DNA of 57,305 nucleotides, from assembly GCA_026417155.1 (NCBI GenBank), contig JAOADU010000072.1, positions 1 to 57,305 on the forward strand, written 5' to 3'. This DNA comes from Bacteroidales bacterium (lineage in GTDB: Bacteria > Bacteroidota > Bacteroidia > Bacteroidales > GWA2-32-17). The notes below the pieces were generated by a model. It ran no database searches. It worked only from the letters and a program-made list of their open reading frames with translations, and was not told the origin of the DNA. A program made the translations under genes and the position numbers. Below are positions 9,994 to 20,692 of the stretch, piece after piece (the first letter of the stretch is position 1; every line of letters starts with the position of its first letter).

Positions 9994-11470
9994 ATTTTCT
10001 ATTGAGAAAAATTCTGATGTACGAATGAATACGGTCGGTTAAATCATCAGAAAGGTTTAATTTCCACGCCAACAAAACATAGAAAATGAAAATTAATACA
10101 CTTCTTAAAAATAAATCAATATAAAAAGGTGTTACTTTCGGAATCGTACTGCTTGCTAAATAAACTAAGGCACCACAGGCAATAATTATAATAAATTTAT
10201 AATTAAATGGCTGCATGCCATATTTTTTCCATAAAAAGACCCAACGAATTGCATTGAAAACAAATAAGGATAAAGCACTGGCAAAAGCGGCTCCTTCAAT
10301 TCCATATATGGGAATGAATATCGCATTTGTACCAATAATAATGATAACAAAAATAAACATAAAAAGACTTTGTACTTTATAAGATGGCGAAGTAGCAATG
10401 ATAGTATTGTTTATACCTGTAGACATGTCAATAAAACTTCCTAAGGCAATCCAAAATACTACCCAGTGAATATGTGCATATTTGTCGGGCAATAGTTGTA
10501 ACAGATTATCAATATTTGCCCAAATACCAATAAATAAAAGCAATGAAAAAATCATTTGATTGATGCAACTTTTATAGTATATTGAAAATATGGTTGTTAA
10601 TTCATTTTTTTTCCATGCCTCGGCAATAACAGTTGATGAAATTTTTGTTAATGCTCGCGAAGGCATCGAAATAATTACACCAAAAAAATAGGCAATAGAG
10701 TATATACCGGTTTGTGATAAATCTAAATATTGTTGAATCATAATTTTATCAATGTTGGATACAATGGTGCTCGAAAAAACTGTAATTATACCAAATATGC
10801 TTACCGAAATGATTTCTTTTTTCAGACGCTTATCAACAACAGACGAATTCCAGTTAAATGAAATGCTACGTTCGAGAATCAGTTGAATGAATAAAATAAT
10901 TGTTGGTAAGGTTAAAGCTATTACGTATAATAATACAAACCTGTTGAATGAAAATTGATAAAAAATGTAAAGTCCTATGAAAATTATAATGAATACACGT
11001 TGTAATACTTCTTTGAGAAATGTTCCTCTAATGCTTTTGTATAATGCTCTGGAATATGTATCAAAAGAATTAAAAAGTAAGGTAGCGAGTATGAGGGGAA
11101 ATACATAAAATCCTAATTTACTAAAAAGTAAATCGCTCGTTCTATCCATTATAATGAAAAACCAAATGGCGAAAAGAAAACTTGATATCAAAAAACCAGT
11201 AAGAATAACTTTGAGCATAAGACCGAAATAACCTTCATGCTTATTTTGTTCGTTTCTGAAATAAGGGAATAATCGAATGGTAACATTATCAAAACCCAGA
11301 TTAGCAAATTGTGCAAAAAGTAACGAATATGCAACTAAAACATTTAGCAAACCAATCTGTTCGGGCGAAAAAAACCAGGCTAAAAGTACTAAATTAGTTA
11401 GAACTCCTAAGGCAGCACCTACGTAAGTGTAAAAGGTTCCCCACATGGTTTGAGTTCGAATGATGCCCAT
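9992..11470 (-). CDS. Wzx/MOP-family polysaccharide flippase
   Basis: About 12-14 hydrophobic segments; SPEQIG, NIDKIMI..TGIYSIA, PIYGIEGAAFAS. Confidence 0.85.
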   Translation of the reverse strand: MGIIRTQTMWGTFYTYVGAALGVLTNLVLLAWFFSPEQIGLLNVLVAYSLLFAQFANLGFDNVTIRLFPYFRNEQNKHEGYFGLMLKVILTGFLISSFLFAIWFFIIMDRTSDLLFSKLGFYVFPLILATLLFNSFDTYSRALYKSIRGTFLKEVLQRVFIIIFIGLYIFYQFSFNRFVLLYVIALTLPTIILFIQLILERSISFNWNSSVVDKRLKKEIISVSIFGIITVFSSTIVSNIDKIMIQQYLDLSQTGIYSIAYFFGVIISMPSRALTKISSTVIAEAWKKNELTTIFSIYYKSCINQMIFSLLLFIGIWANIDNLLQLLPDKYAHIHWVVFWIALGSFIDMSTGINNTIIATSPSYKVQSLFMFIFVIIIIGTNAIFIPIYGIEGAAFASALSLFVFNAIRWVFLWKKYGMQPFNYKFIIIIACGALVYLASSTIPKVTPFYIDLFLRSVLIFIFYVLLAWKLNLSDDLTDRIHSYIRIFLNRK

Positions 11471-11473
11471 GGA

Positions 11474-12586
11474 TTAAAATAATTGAGTTAAACGAATAGC
11501 TTGTTCTTTTGTAGAACAAGTTGTTAATAGTTCTTTTCTTTGTTGTATGTGTGTTTCTTCAAAGTTAATTTGCATAAGCATAGATATGTTAATTAAAAAG
11601 TCCTCTTTTTCGTTTGCAATGTAACAAAGTTGCTCCATTCCTGTGTTTGCTACAACAGCTTGGTTAGCTATAACAAAGCGTCCTTTATATAGGCTATTGA
11701 GAAGTTTTAATTTCATTCCTTGGGGATAAAAAGAATGAATGATATGAATATGTGCCTCGGTAATAAGATTATCTATTTCTTCGGATGAAGGGTTACAAAT
11801 TAAACTAATGTGCTCGTATTTTTTGATTGACTGAAGAATTTGTTCATTGGGTTTATTGCCAGCAATAATCGTTTTGTATTTTATTTTCGATATGACATGT
11901 TCTAATAACCACACAACACTATGTATATTTTCTGGAACCGATAAATCGCCGTGTATTAAAATATAATTTCCTTTTCCTGGCTTGCATGTAACTTCGTTAT
12001 TTCCATGAAATGGATAAATTAAAGCAACATTGGTAAAATATTGCTTAAAATATGCTTTATCATTCGGAGAAATGGTTGCAATATAATCGGCATTGGCAAG
12101 TGCCTGTAATTCGTATTTTCTGAGTTTATGTGATTCGAGCAAAAAGTAGAACCGTTTAAAAATATTTTTTTCAGTTATAGATAGCCCTTGGTAATATAAA
12201 TACTCAATATTGTGTGTACGTACAATAACTTGATGATTTTTCAGTGCATTTTTGTAAACCCAATACGTTGTGTGTATTCCTTCAAAGATTATACAACCAT
12301 CATGTTTATTTAAATTGATAAGTAAGTTTTTATTTTTTCTAGAAATAACTATAAATGGTAATGGCGAGAGTAAATGCGTGAATAATTTTTTTCGACGATA
12401 ATAATAAACTTGTTTGCAATATTTGGTTAATTCTTTTTGTTCACCACGTCCGTAGTCAAAAGCATGTAAAATAATTTCGTATCCAAGTTCGTGTAAACTT
12501 TTTATTTTAAAAAAAACATCAATTACCCCACCATAGTTGGGAGGATAAGGTACATTGAACGATACTATTTGAATAATTTTACTCAA
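11474..12586 (-). CDS. GT-B glycosyltransferase (GT4-like)
   Basis: VPYPPNYGG, HNIE..YY, GMKLKLLNSL donor-binding motif; co-oriented with the flippase. Confidence 0.85.
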   Translation of the reverse strand: MSKIIQIVSFNVPYPPNYGGVIDVFFKIKSLHELGYEIILHAFDYGRGEQKELTKYCKQVYYYRRKKLFTHLLSPLPFIVISRKNKNLLINLNKHDGCIIFEGIHTTYWVYKNALKNHQVIVRTHNIEYLYYQGLSITEKNIFKRFYFLLESHKLRKYELQALANADYIATISPNDKAYFKQYFTNVALIYPFHGNNEVTCKPGKGNYILIHGDLSVPENIHSVVWLLEHVISKIKYKTIIAGNKPNEQILQSIKKYEHISLICNPSSEEIDNLITEAHIHIIHSFYPQGMKLKLLNSLYKGRFVIANQAVVANTGMEQLCYIANEKEDFLINISMLMQINFEETHIQQRKELLTTCSTKEQAIRLTQLF

Positions 12587-12617
12587 CGTTTATCACAAAA
12601 TTAAACGTTATTATGCT

Positions 12618-13889
12618 TTAATAATTATATTTTTCTTTCCAACATGATGATAAATATTTTCTATGTTCCTGTTCGCGGGGGTTATCGGCAGGATTGTAAA
12701 AACAAGTGCCACTAATTTCTTTTGGCAAATACTCTTGATTGACAAAATGTTTATCGTAATCGTGCGAATATTGATAATCTTTTCCGTAATTCAAATCTTT
12801 CATCAATTGAGTGGGTGCGTTTCTTATATGTAATGGAATGCTTAAATTTCCCGACTTTTCAACTTCTGCCATAGCTTTTTCAATAGCAAGGTAGGCAGAA
12901 TTACTTTTAGGAGATGATGCTAAAAAGATAGAAACTTCCGATAAAATAATTCGTGCTTCGGGCATTCCAATTTGATGTACAGCATCAAAAGCCGATTGAG
13001 CAAGCATAAGTGCATAAGGATTTGCCAAACCTATATCTTCGGCTGCTAATATAACAAGTCGTCGGGCAATAAATTTAACATCTTCGCCAGCTTTTAGCAT
13101 GCGTGCAAGATAATAGACAGCAGCATTGGGATCGCTTCCACGAATAGATTTGATAAAAGCTGAAATAGTGTCGTAATGCTGATCACCTTTTTTATCGTAT
13201 TGAATAAGTTTGGTTTGTAGTGTGGTTTCTACCAATTGGTTAGTAATAACTATATTTTTGTTATTTGTAGTATGGCATATCAATTCAATAATGTTATACA
13301 ACTTTCGGGCATCACCATCGCTAAATTTTACAAGTGCTTCGTATTCTTTTATTTCAATAGAAAGTTGCGATAAATAAATATCGGTTGTAATGGCTCTGGA
13401 AGCTAATGTTTTTAAATGTTCGGATGTTAATGGATATAATACATATACTTGACACCGCGATAATAAGGGGCCAATAACTTCAAAAGAAGGGTTTTCGGTA
13501 GTAGCTCCGATCAATATAAACATTCCGCTTTCTACAGCATGAAGGAGCGAATCTTGTTGTGATTTTGAAAAGCGATGAATTTCATCGAGAAACACTAAGG
13601 GTGGTTGTTGGTTAAATAATGGATTTTTATGAATATGCTCAATTACTTCGCGAATGTCTTTTACCGAAGAATGAATAGCGCTTAAATAAAAATATTTTCT
13701 ATGTAATTGATTGGCAATGATTTGTGCTAATGTGGTTTTTCCTACACCTGGTGGTCCCCAAAAAATCATAGAACTTACGTTTCCGTTTTCAACCATTTTG
13801 CGTAAAGCCGCTTTTTCGCCAACGAGATGCTCCTGACCAACAAATTCAGCAAATGTCTTTGGTCTAAGTCGTTCAGCTAAAGGTTGCAT
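12618..13889 (-). CDS. rarA: Replication-associated recombination protein A (RarA/MgsA AAA+ ATPase)
   Basis: PLAERLRP, GPPGVGKTT, DEIHRF, GATTENPSF, SAFIKSIRGSD, EDIGLANP. Confidence 0.96.
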   Translation of the reverse strand: MQPLAERLRPKTFAEFVGQEHLVGEKAALRKMVENGNVSSMIFWGPPGVGKTTLAQIIANQLHRKYFYLSAIHSSVKDIREVIEHIHKNPLFNQQPPLVFLDEIHRFSKSQQDSLLHAVESGMFILIGATTENPSFEVIGPLLSRCQVYVLYPLTSEHLKTLASRAITTDIYLSQLSIEIKEYEALVKFSDGDARKLYNIIELICHTTNNKNIVITNQLVETTLQTKLIQYDKKGDQHYDTISAFIKSIRGSDPNAAVYYLARMLKAGEDVKFIARRLVILAAEDIGLANPYALMLAQSAFDAVHQIGMPEARIILSEVSIFLASSPKSNSAYLAIEKAMAEVEKSGNLSIPLHIRNAPTQLMKDLNYGKDYQYSHDYDKHFVNQEYLPKEISGTCFYNPADNPREQEHRKYLSSCWKEKYNY

Positions 13890-13899
13890 ATTTTTATTT

Positions 13900-13907
13900 C
13901 AAAGATA
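13900..13907 (-). promoter_or_regulatory. -7 promoter box for rarA
   Basis: TATCTTTG on the minus strand, 10 nt before the ATG. Confidence 0.6.
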
Positions 13908-14047
13908 TTGTATTTATTTGAAATCTTAAATTTACAATAATACAATTTCTTGGTTATCTTCTGACAATAATTACACAACAAATACTGTGATAAAAAAGTT
14001 TAATAACTCTGTTAAAAACTAAATTTTATACTTTAGTTTAGTCCTAT

Positions 14048-14055
14048 TATCTTTG
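14048..14055 (+). promoter_or_regulatory. -7 promoter box for pcrA/uvrD
   Basis: TATCTTTG, 8 nt before the ATG. Confidence 0.6.
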
Positions 14056-14063
14056 TCAGTAGA

Positions 14064-16346
14064 ATGAAGCCGAATAAGTCTATTTTACAGCATTTAAACG
14101 ATCAGCAAAAGGAAGCTGTTGTTAATTACGAAGGTCCAACTTTGATAATTGCTGGTGCAGGTGCAGGAAAAACCCGTGTATTAACTCACCGAATTGCCTA
14201 TATGTTATCTGACGGTATTTCGCCCGAACGGATTATGGCATTGACTTTTACCAATAAAGCTGCCGATGAAATGAAAGAACGCATAGGCAAGATGGTTTCG
14301 TACAATATTGCTCGAAGATTATGGATGGGGACATTTCACAGTATTTTCAGAAAAATTTTGAAAAATGAAGCCGAAAAATTGGGATACATTTCCAACTTTA
14401 GCATATATGACACCGATGATAGTCAAAGTTTGATAAAAAGTATTTTAAAAGAACTTCAGTTATACAATAATGATCGGTACAAGCCCAAAGATGTTTTATC
14501 TCGTATTAGTCATGCAAAAAATAATCTTATCACAGTCGAAGCTTACAAAAACAATAAAGCTATATTAGAAAACGACTATTTTAAAAGAATGGACCAAATG
14601 TGGTTGATTTATGAACGATATCAACATCAATTAAAGCTTTCCAATGCAATGGATTTTGACGATTTATTGCTAAATACGAACATTTTATTTCGCGATTTCC
14701 CCGATATTTTAACAATATATCAACATAAATTCGATTATATACTTGTCGATGAGTATCAAGATACAAATTATGCACAATATCTAATTATCAAAAAATTGTC
14801 CGATAAACATAAGAATTTATGTGTAGTAGGCGACGATTCGCAAAGCATTTATTCGTTTAGAGGTGCCCGTATCGAAAATATTCTCAACTTCAAAAAAGAC
14901 TACCCTAATTATAAATTATTCAAATTAGAACAAAATTATCGTTCTACAAAAACAATTGTAAATGCTGCTAATACATTAATAGAACATAACAAAGAACGAA
15001 TTCCTAAAGTTATTTTTTCGGAAAATGAAGAAGGAGAAAAAATAGAAATATTAAAGTCTTTAACCGAGGTTGAAGAAGCGTATGTTGTAGCTAAGATTAT
15101 AAACGAATTGCACAATCAACAACACATTCCTTATCACGAAATGGCAGTTCTATACAGAACCAATGCACAATCGAGAACTTTTGAAGATTCGCTTCGTCGT
15201 TTATCTATACCGTATAGAATTTATGGAGGGCATTCATTTTATCAGAGAAAGGAAATTAAAGATGTATTAGCATATTTACGTTTATGTATAAATGAATATG
15301 ACAGCGAATCATTAAAACGAATAATTAATTATCCTGCCAGAGGAATAGGCGATACTACATTGCAAAAACTTGAAACGTACGCTCAGCAAAATTTTATACC
15401 ATTATGGGATTGTCTATGTAATGTTAAACAAATAAATTTATTTACATCGGGAACTATCAATAAAATTGAAGAATTTGTAAAGTTAATAACAGAATTAAAA
15501 ACAGAAGTAACGACAAAAGCAGCATTCGAATTTACCGAGAAAATTATTGAAAAAACAGGAATAAAAGCCGAGTTAGAAAAAGAAAAAAACAAAGAAGAAA
15601 TTGAACGTATGTTCAATGTGCAAGAATTGCTAAATAGTATAAAGGAATTCGAAGAAAATTTTATAGAAAATTATCAGATACAACCAACAATAATTGACTT
15701 TTTAGAACATGTATCGCTGCTTACATCACTCGACGAAAATAAGAAAGAAGATAAAAACGAAAGTAGAGTTACACTCATGACAGCTCATTCGGCAAAAGGA
15801 CTTGAATATGATGTAGTATTCATTGTTGGAGCTGAAAAAAATAAATTCCCGTTAGTCAATGTGTTTACTATTGATGAAAATATTGAAGAAGAAAGAAGAT
15901 TGTTTTATGTAGCAATGACACGTGCACGAAAAAAGTTGTTTATTTCATTTTCTGAACAAGTTTTAAGGTGGGGTAATATAGAACCAACTAAGCCATCGCC
16001 ATTTATTTCTGAAATAGATTCTAAATTTTTAAATATTCCCTATAACGACGATAATATTGGTAAAGTCAAAGAACGAAAAATTTTTAATACATCAGAAATA
16101 AAACCTGCATTGAAAGTTGAGAAAAAATTTGTACCTTTGGCAGAAGCAGTTCAAAAAAAGACAACGTCATCGAATCTATTTAGCCATTTTAAAACGGGTG
16201 ATGTTGTTTTGCACGAGCGCTTTGGAAGAGGAGTCATATTAAGGATAGAAGGAACCGACCACAATACAAGAGCATTGGTAGATTTTGGAAATTTAGGACA
16301 AAAGCAATTGTTATTAAAATATGCAAATCTGACTTTATTAAATTAA
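14064..16346 (+). CDS. pcrA: UvrD/PcrA SF1 DNA helicase
   Basis: AGAGAGKTR, TFTNKAA, VDEYQD, VGDDSQSIY, LEQNYRS, HSAKGLE, EERRLFYVAMTRA; C-terminal Tudor-like HERFGRG. Confidence 0.95.
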   Translation: MKPNKSILQHLNDQQKEAVVNYEGPTLIIAGAGAGKTRVLTHRIAYMLSDGISPERIMALTFTNKAADEMKERIGKMVSYNIARRLWMGTFHSIFRKILKNEAEKLGYISNFSIYDTDDSQSLIKSILKELQLYNNDRYKPKDVLSRISHAKNNLITVEAYKNNKAILENDYFKRMDQMWLIYERYQHQLKLSNAMDFDDLLLNTNILFRDFPDILTIYQHKFDYILVDEYQDTNYAQYLIIKKLSDKHKNLCVVGDDSQSIYSFRGARIENILNFKKDYPNYKLFKLEQNYRSTKTIVNAANTLIEHNKERIPKVIFSENEEGEKIEILKSLTEVEEAYVVAKIINELHNQQHIPYHEMAVLYRTNAQSRTFEDSLRRLSIPYRIYGGHSFYQRKEIKDVLAYLRLCINEYDSESLKRIINYPARGIGDTTLQKLETYAQQNFIPLWDCLCNVKQINLFTSGTINKIEEFVKLITELKTEVTTKAAFEFTEKIIEKTGIKAELEKEKNKEEIERMFNVQELLNSIKEFEENFIENYQIQPTIIDFLEHVSLLTSLDENKKEDKNESRVTLMTAHSAKGLEYDVVFIVGAEKNKFPLVNVFTIDENIEEERRLFYVAMTRARKKLFISFSEQVLRWGNIEPTKPSPFISEIDSKFLNIPYNDDNIGKVKERKIFNTSEIKPALKVEKKFVPLAEAVQKKTTSSNLFSHFKTGDVVLHERFGRGVILRIEGTDHNTRALVDFGNLGQKQLLLKYANLTLLN

Positions 16347-16358
16347 CATTTAAGTTAT

Positions 16359-16988
16359 ATGATTGATAAAAAAATCTATTACAATACTCAGCGCGAACCA
16401 TTGCATTTGCCTGAGTATGGCAGACATATACAAGGTATGGTTGAATACATTAAAACTATACAATCGAAAGATGAACGCACAAGGTTATCTCACGTTGTTA
16501 TTCAGGTAATGGCTAATATGACGCCACAAATAAAAGATAATCCCGAACATAAAGCAAAACTTTGGAACCAACTGGCTCAAATTGCCAATTATGAGTTAGA
16601 TATTGACTATCCTGTAACCATACATAAACAAGAAGATTTTAAAAAATATAGAAAAAAAATCTCTTATCCCCAAAAAAATACACAATTAAAGCACTATGGC
16701 AATATTTCAGAACAAATGGCCAAAGCTATATCGCAACTACCCGATGGCGAAGAAAAAAATCAATTGATAATATCCCTTGCCAATCACATGAAGAAGCAAT
16801 ATTTACTGTTTAACAAAGAAGCCGTAAGCGACGAACAAATTTTATCCGACTTAAGAAAGATGGCCGACGACGAAAATCTTACCTTACCCGAAGTGAAACT
16901 TAATGAAACTCGCGATATATTGTACAGAAATAAACCAAAACAAAACAAAAACAACAATCACAAAAATAATAAACGTCGCAATTTATGA
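16359..16988 (+). CDS. DUF4290-family protein
   Basis: YNTQR..L.LPEYGRHIQ.MV motif; typical Bacteroidota neighbour of murA (overlapping ATGA). Confidence 0.85.
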   Translation: MIDKKIYYNTQREPLHLPEYGRHIQGMVEYIKTIQSKDERTRLSHVVIQVMANMTPQIKDNPEHKAKLWNQLAQIANYELDIDYPVTIHKQEDFKKYRKKISYPQKNTQLKHYGNISEQMAKAISQLPDGEEKNQLIISLANHMKKQYLLFNKEAVSDEQILSDLRKMADDENLTLPEVKLNETRDILYRNKPKQNKNNNHKNNKRRNL

Positions 16989-18292
16989 GCACATTTATTG
17001 TAGAAGGCGGCATACCCTTGAAAGGTGAAATTCATGTTCAAGGTGCTAAAAACGAAGCTTTACAAGTTATTTGCGCAACTCTACTCACGCAAGAAGATAT
17101 TATAATTGAAAATGTTCCTGAAATTCTTGATGTACTTAAATTACACGAACTACTAGAAACTCTTAATGTAAGCATACATAAAATTGACCAAGGGAAATTT
17201 GTTTACAATGCCCGAAATGTAGATATAAGTAAAGTAAATACTACAGAATTTTATCAAAAAGCAGCAAAATTAAGAGGCTCAATAATGGTTGTTGGTCCGT
17301 TGCTCGCTCGTTTTGGTTATGCCATTATTCCTAAACCCGGAGGCGATAAAATAGGACGCCGACATTTAGATACCCATTTCTTTGGTTTTGAAAAGTTGGG
17401 AGCCAAAGCTACCTATTTATCTGCCGAAAGCTTATTTAAAGTAGAAGCTAAAAAGCTCATTGGCACATACATGTTGCTCGACGAAGCGTCGGTAACTGGT
17501 ACCGCAAACATAATTATGGCCTCAGTTCTCGCACAAGGAACTACAACAATATTTAATGCAGCATGCGAACCATACATACAACAGCTATGCCGCATGCTAG
17601 TTAGAATGGGTGCCAAAATTGAAGGCATCGGATCTAATTTGCTCACTATACATGGAGTATCTGAGCTTAAAGGAACTTCGCACAAAATTTTGCCCGATAT
17701 GATTGAAGTTGGCAGTTTTATAGGTTTAGCGGCTCTTACCCAAAGCGATTTAATTATTAAAAATGTTGGATTTAAGCACTTGGGCATCATACCTCAATCG
17801 TTTAAAAAATTAGGAATTCCTGTTGAGCTGTATCAAGATGACGACATTCATATTCCACCTTTAGAACATTATGAAATTGAAACATACATGGATGGGTCAA
17901 TTTTGACCATATCCGATGCTATATGGCCCGGTTTAAGTCCCGATTTGTTGAGTATTTTTTTAGTGGTAGCGATACAAGCTAAAGGTAGTGTACTGATACA
18001 CCAAAAAATGTTCGAAAGTCGTTTATTTTTTGTTGACCGATTGATTGAAATGGGAGCTCAAATTATTTTATGCGATCCACATAGAGCTGTAGTTATAGGA
18101 CACAATAGGCAAGTACCGCTTAATGCTATTGAAATGAGTTCGCCCGATATTAGAGCGGGCGTAGCGCTATTGTTGGCTGCACTTTCGGCAAAAGGTATTA
18201 GCAAAATTCACAATATCGAACAAATAGATCGTGGTTATTTGGAAATTGACAAAAGATTAAATAATATTGGAGCAAAAATTAAAAGAATTTAG
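16985..18292 (+). CDS. murA: UDP-N-acetylglucosamine 1-carboxyvinyltransferase
   Basis: GAKNEAL, PGGDKIGRR (Asp at the fosfomycin-target Cys position), SVTGTAN, FESRL, DIRAG, IDRGY. Confidence 0.97.
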   Translation: MSTFIVEGGIPLKGEIHVQGAKNEALQVICATLLTQEDIIIENVPEILDVLKLHELLETLNVSIHKIDQGKFVYNARNVDISKVNTTEFYQKAAKLRGSIMVVGPLLARFGYAIIPKPGGDKIGRRHLDTHFFGFEKLGAKATYLSAESLFKVEAKKLIGTYMLLDEASVTGTANIIMASVLAQGTTTIFNAACEPYIQQLCRMLVRMGAKIEGIGSNLLTIHGVSELKGTSHKILPDMIEVGSFIGLAALTQSDLIIKNVGFKHLGIIPQSFKKLGIPVELYQDDDIHIPPLEHYEIETYMDGSILTISDAIWPGLSPDLLSIFLVVAIQAKGSVLIHQKMFESRLFFVDRLIEMGAQIILCDPHRAVVIGHNRQVPLNAIEMSSPDIRAGVALLLAALSAKGISKIHNIEQIDRGYLEIDKRLNNIGAKIKRI

Positions 18293-18295
18293 CGT

Positions 18296-18859
18296 ATGAG
18301 TAAAATCCTTTTTCTCTTCTTAGTTGCCTTAATCGGAATAAGTTATTTCACACCCATTACATTATCGCAAGCAAAGTTGTATGGTCAGGACAAGAAAACA
18401 AAAGTTCCGATTGGAACGGAAGTTGGCAACAAAGCTCCTGAATTAAAATATAATAACCCAGAAGGGAAGGAAATAGCACTTAGTTCGTTAAAAGGTAAGA
18501 TTGTTTTAATAGATTTTTGGGCATCGTGGTGTGGTCCTTGCCGTCGCGAAAATCCATATGTGGTGGCAGCATACAAAAAATATAAAGACAAAAAGTTTAA
18601 CAATGGTAAAGGTTTTACCATATATAGTGTATCGCTCGACAAAAGTTTAGAAAGTTGGAAAAAAGCTATAGAACAAGACAGCCTCATTTGGGAAAATCAT
18701 GTAAGCGATTTAAAATACTGGAATTCTGAACCAGCAAAGCTATATGGCGTACAAGGAATTCCTATGAATTGGTTAATAGATGGTAACGGAATAATCATAG
18801 CTAAAAACTTACGTGGCAAGGCACTTGAAGAAAAGTTAGAATCATTAGTCAAAAAATAG
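18296..18859 (+). CDS. TlpA/ResA-like thiol-disulfide oxidoreductase
   Basis: N-terminal signal; DFWASWCGPCR; cis-Pro motif GIP. Confidence 0.92.
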   Translation: MSKILFLFLVALIGISYFTPITLSQAKLYGQDKKTKVPIGTEVGNKAPELKYNNPEGKEIALSSLKGKIVLIDFWASWCGPCRRENPYVVAAYKKYKDKKFNNGKGFTIYSVSLDKSLESWKKAIEQDSLIWENHVSDLKYWNSEPAKLYGVQGIPMNWLIDGNGIIIAKNLRGKALEEKLESLVKK

Positions 18860-18860
18860 T

Positions 18861-19295
18861 ATGCCATATATTTATGATTATCCACGACCTTCGGTGGCAA
18901 CTGATATAATAGTTTGTACTGTAGCTAAGCCTCATCATATTTTACTTATTCAACGAAAAAATCCCCCATACGAACACATGTGGGCATTACCGGGTGGATT
19001 TATGGATATAAATGAACGACTTCATGATACAGCAAAAAGAGAATTATTTGAAGAAACAGGTATAAATGCCGAACAATTGAATTTTTTTGGAGTGTACGAT
19101 GATATATTTCGCGATCCCAGAGGAAGAACTATTGGAGTGGTTTATTACTTATTACTTCAAAATTTTATTAAACTACATGCAAATGATGATGCAAAAGATG
19201 CTCAATGGTACAATATTGAAAATTTACCTCCACTTGCATTCGATCATAGTTTGATTATTAACGACTTTAAGCAAAAAATATTAACATATTGTTGA
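18861..19295 (+). CDS. NUDIX hydrolase (NrtR-like N-terminal type)
   Basis: WALPGGF...AKRELFEETG Nudix box; RDPRGR; LAFDH. Confidence 0.92.
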   Translation: MPYIYDYPRPSVATDIIVCTVAKPHHILLIQRKNPPYEHMWALPGGFMDINERLHDTAKRELFEETGINAEQLNFFGVYDDIFRDPRGRTIGVVYYLLLQNFIKLHANDDAKDAQWYNIENLPPLAFDHSLIINDFKQKILTYC

Positions 19296-19376
19296 TAATC
19301 TTGATTTTGTATTGTTAATTTCTTTTATTAGGTTTCAATTTACCGACGTGTTTGTGTATTACTTTTAATTACAAAA

Positions 19377-20549
19377 ATGTATTTCATGAAATGGAAATTA
19401 TGTATAATAATGCTCTTGAGCATACATAGTATTCATGCGCAACCAACCTACAAATTAACTTCATTAAAGGAGATAAATTCAAGTAATTTTTTATCTGAAC
19501 CGGAAGCATTTCTCGATCAATATCATTTCGAACAAATTGTAAAAGAAAGAATTGAAAAATTAAATTATCAAACTCCTATTCAACTTGAATATAATGAAGC
19601 AGTAAGGAAATACATTCAATATTTTTTAACTGAGAAAAAAGAGTGGTTAAAAAACTGTATTCGATTATCGAATTATTATTTTCCCATTTTTGAAATGTAT
19701 CTGGATAAATATGAATTACCGTTAGAGTTGAAATATTTGGCAGTAATAGAATCGGGTTTAGATCCTTTTGCACGTAGCAAGTCGGGAGCTGTTGGTTTAT
19801 GGCAATTCTTGTATCCAACATCACAATTATTAAACTTAAAAATAAATTCATTTATCGATGAGCGTCAAGATCCCCATAAATCTACAGAAGCAGCTTGCAG
19901 GTATCTCGAGTATTTATATAATATATTTAACGATTGGCAATTGGCTATAGCTGCATATAATGCAGGACCTACTGTAATAAAAAATGCAATTTTAAGAAGT
20001 GGAAATAAAACGACATTCTGGGAAATTAAACCTTATTTATCTGTTGAAACGCAAAATTATGTCCCAGCTTTTATTGCGGCAAATTATCTAATGACTTATG
20101 CTAATGAATATCTTTTGAATGATCAAGTAAGTTGTTTGTATCAACATCAAGTAGATACCGTGATGGTTGATAAGCCATTGTATTTAGGCGAAGTTTCTAA
20201 AACATTAAATATTCCTATAGAAACACTTAGGTTTTTAAATCCACAATATAAGAAAGATTATATTCCTTATTCTTTTAATCCTATGCCAATTGTGTTACCA
20301 AAAGAAAAGGTAAGCGAATTTATTAAGCAATCGCAAATGTTATTTAACAATTCAATACCTCCGTCAGCAACGACAAATGTTACCAATAGAAAAGTTATTA
20401 ATTATGTTGTAAAAAAAGGTGATTACTTAACAAAGTTGGCGGTAGAATTTCGTTGTTCACCCGAAGATATTAAACGATGGAATAATTTAACTTCAAATGA
20501 GCTTACCACGGGTTCGGTACTTACGATTTGGACGGTTGATTTGCAATAA
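19377..20549 (+). CDS. MltD-like lytic transglycosylase with a C-terminal LysM domain
   Basis: LAVIES (catalytic Glu), AVGLWQF, AAYNAG, ETQNYVP; LysM YVVKKGDYL...IKRWNNL. Confidence 0.92.
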   Translation: MYFMKWKLCIIMLLSIHSIHAQPTYKLTSLKEINSSNFLSEPEAFLDQYHFEQIVKERIEKLNYQTPIQLEYNEAVRKYIQYFLTEKKEWLKNCIRLSNYYFPIFEMYLDKYELPLELKYLAVIESGLDPFARSKSGAVGLWQFLYPTSQLLNLKINSFIDERQDPHKSTEAACRYLEYLYNIFNDWQLAIAAYNAGPTVIKNAILRSGNKTTFWEIKPYLSVETQNYVPAFIAANYLMTYANEYLLNDQVSCLYQHQVDTVMVDKPLYLGEVSKTLNIPIETLRFLNPQYKKDYIPYSFNPMPIVLPKEKVSEFIKQSQMLFNNSIPPSATTNVTNRKVINYVVKKGDYLTKLAVEFRCSPEDIKRWNNLTSNELTTGSVLTIWTVDLQ

Positions 20550-20643
20550 AGCAAGTTTTTTCAGTAAGTGTATAAAAATAAAAAGTAAGGTCACCGGAGC
20601 TATATTAACAAGCATTTAGATGTTACTTTCTTTTTTGTTTTAT

Positions 20644-20671
20644 AAAAAAAAGAGGCACTATAAATGCCTCT
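20644..20671 (-). terminator. Terminator downstream of the HNH-AP2 gene
   Basis: AGAGGCA-ctataaa-TGCCTCT with an A-run on its left. Confidence 0.7.
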
Positions 20672-20692
20672 ATTTTATACCATTAAAAAATA

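Noticed and set aside
20580-20635. Possible small RNA between mltD and the HNH-AP2 gene (AAAGTAA...TTACTTT closing stem)
   Set aside because: Only a 7-bp AT-rich stem, with no recognisable family motif or promoter.
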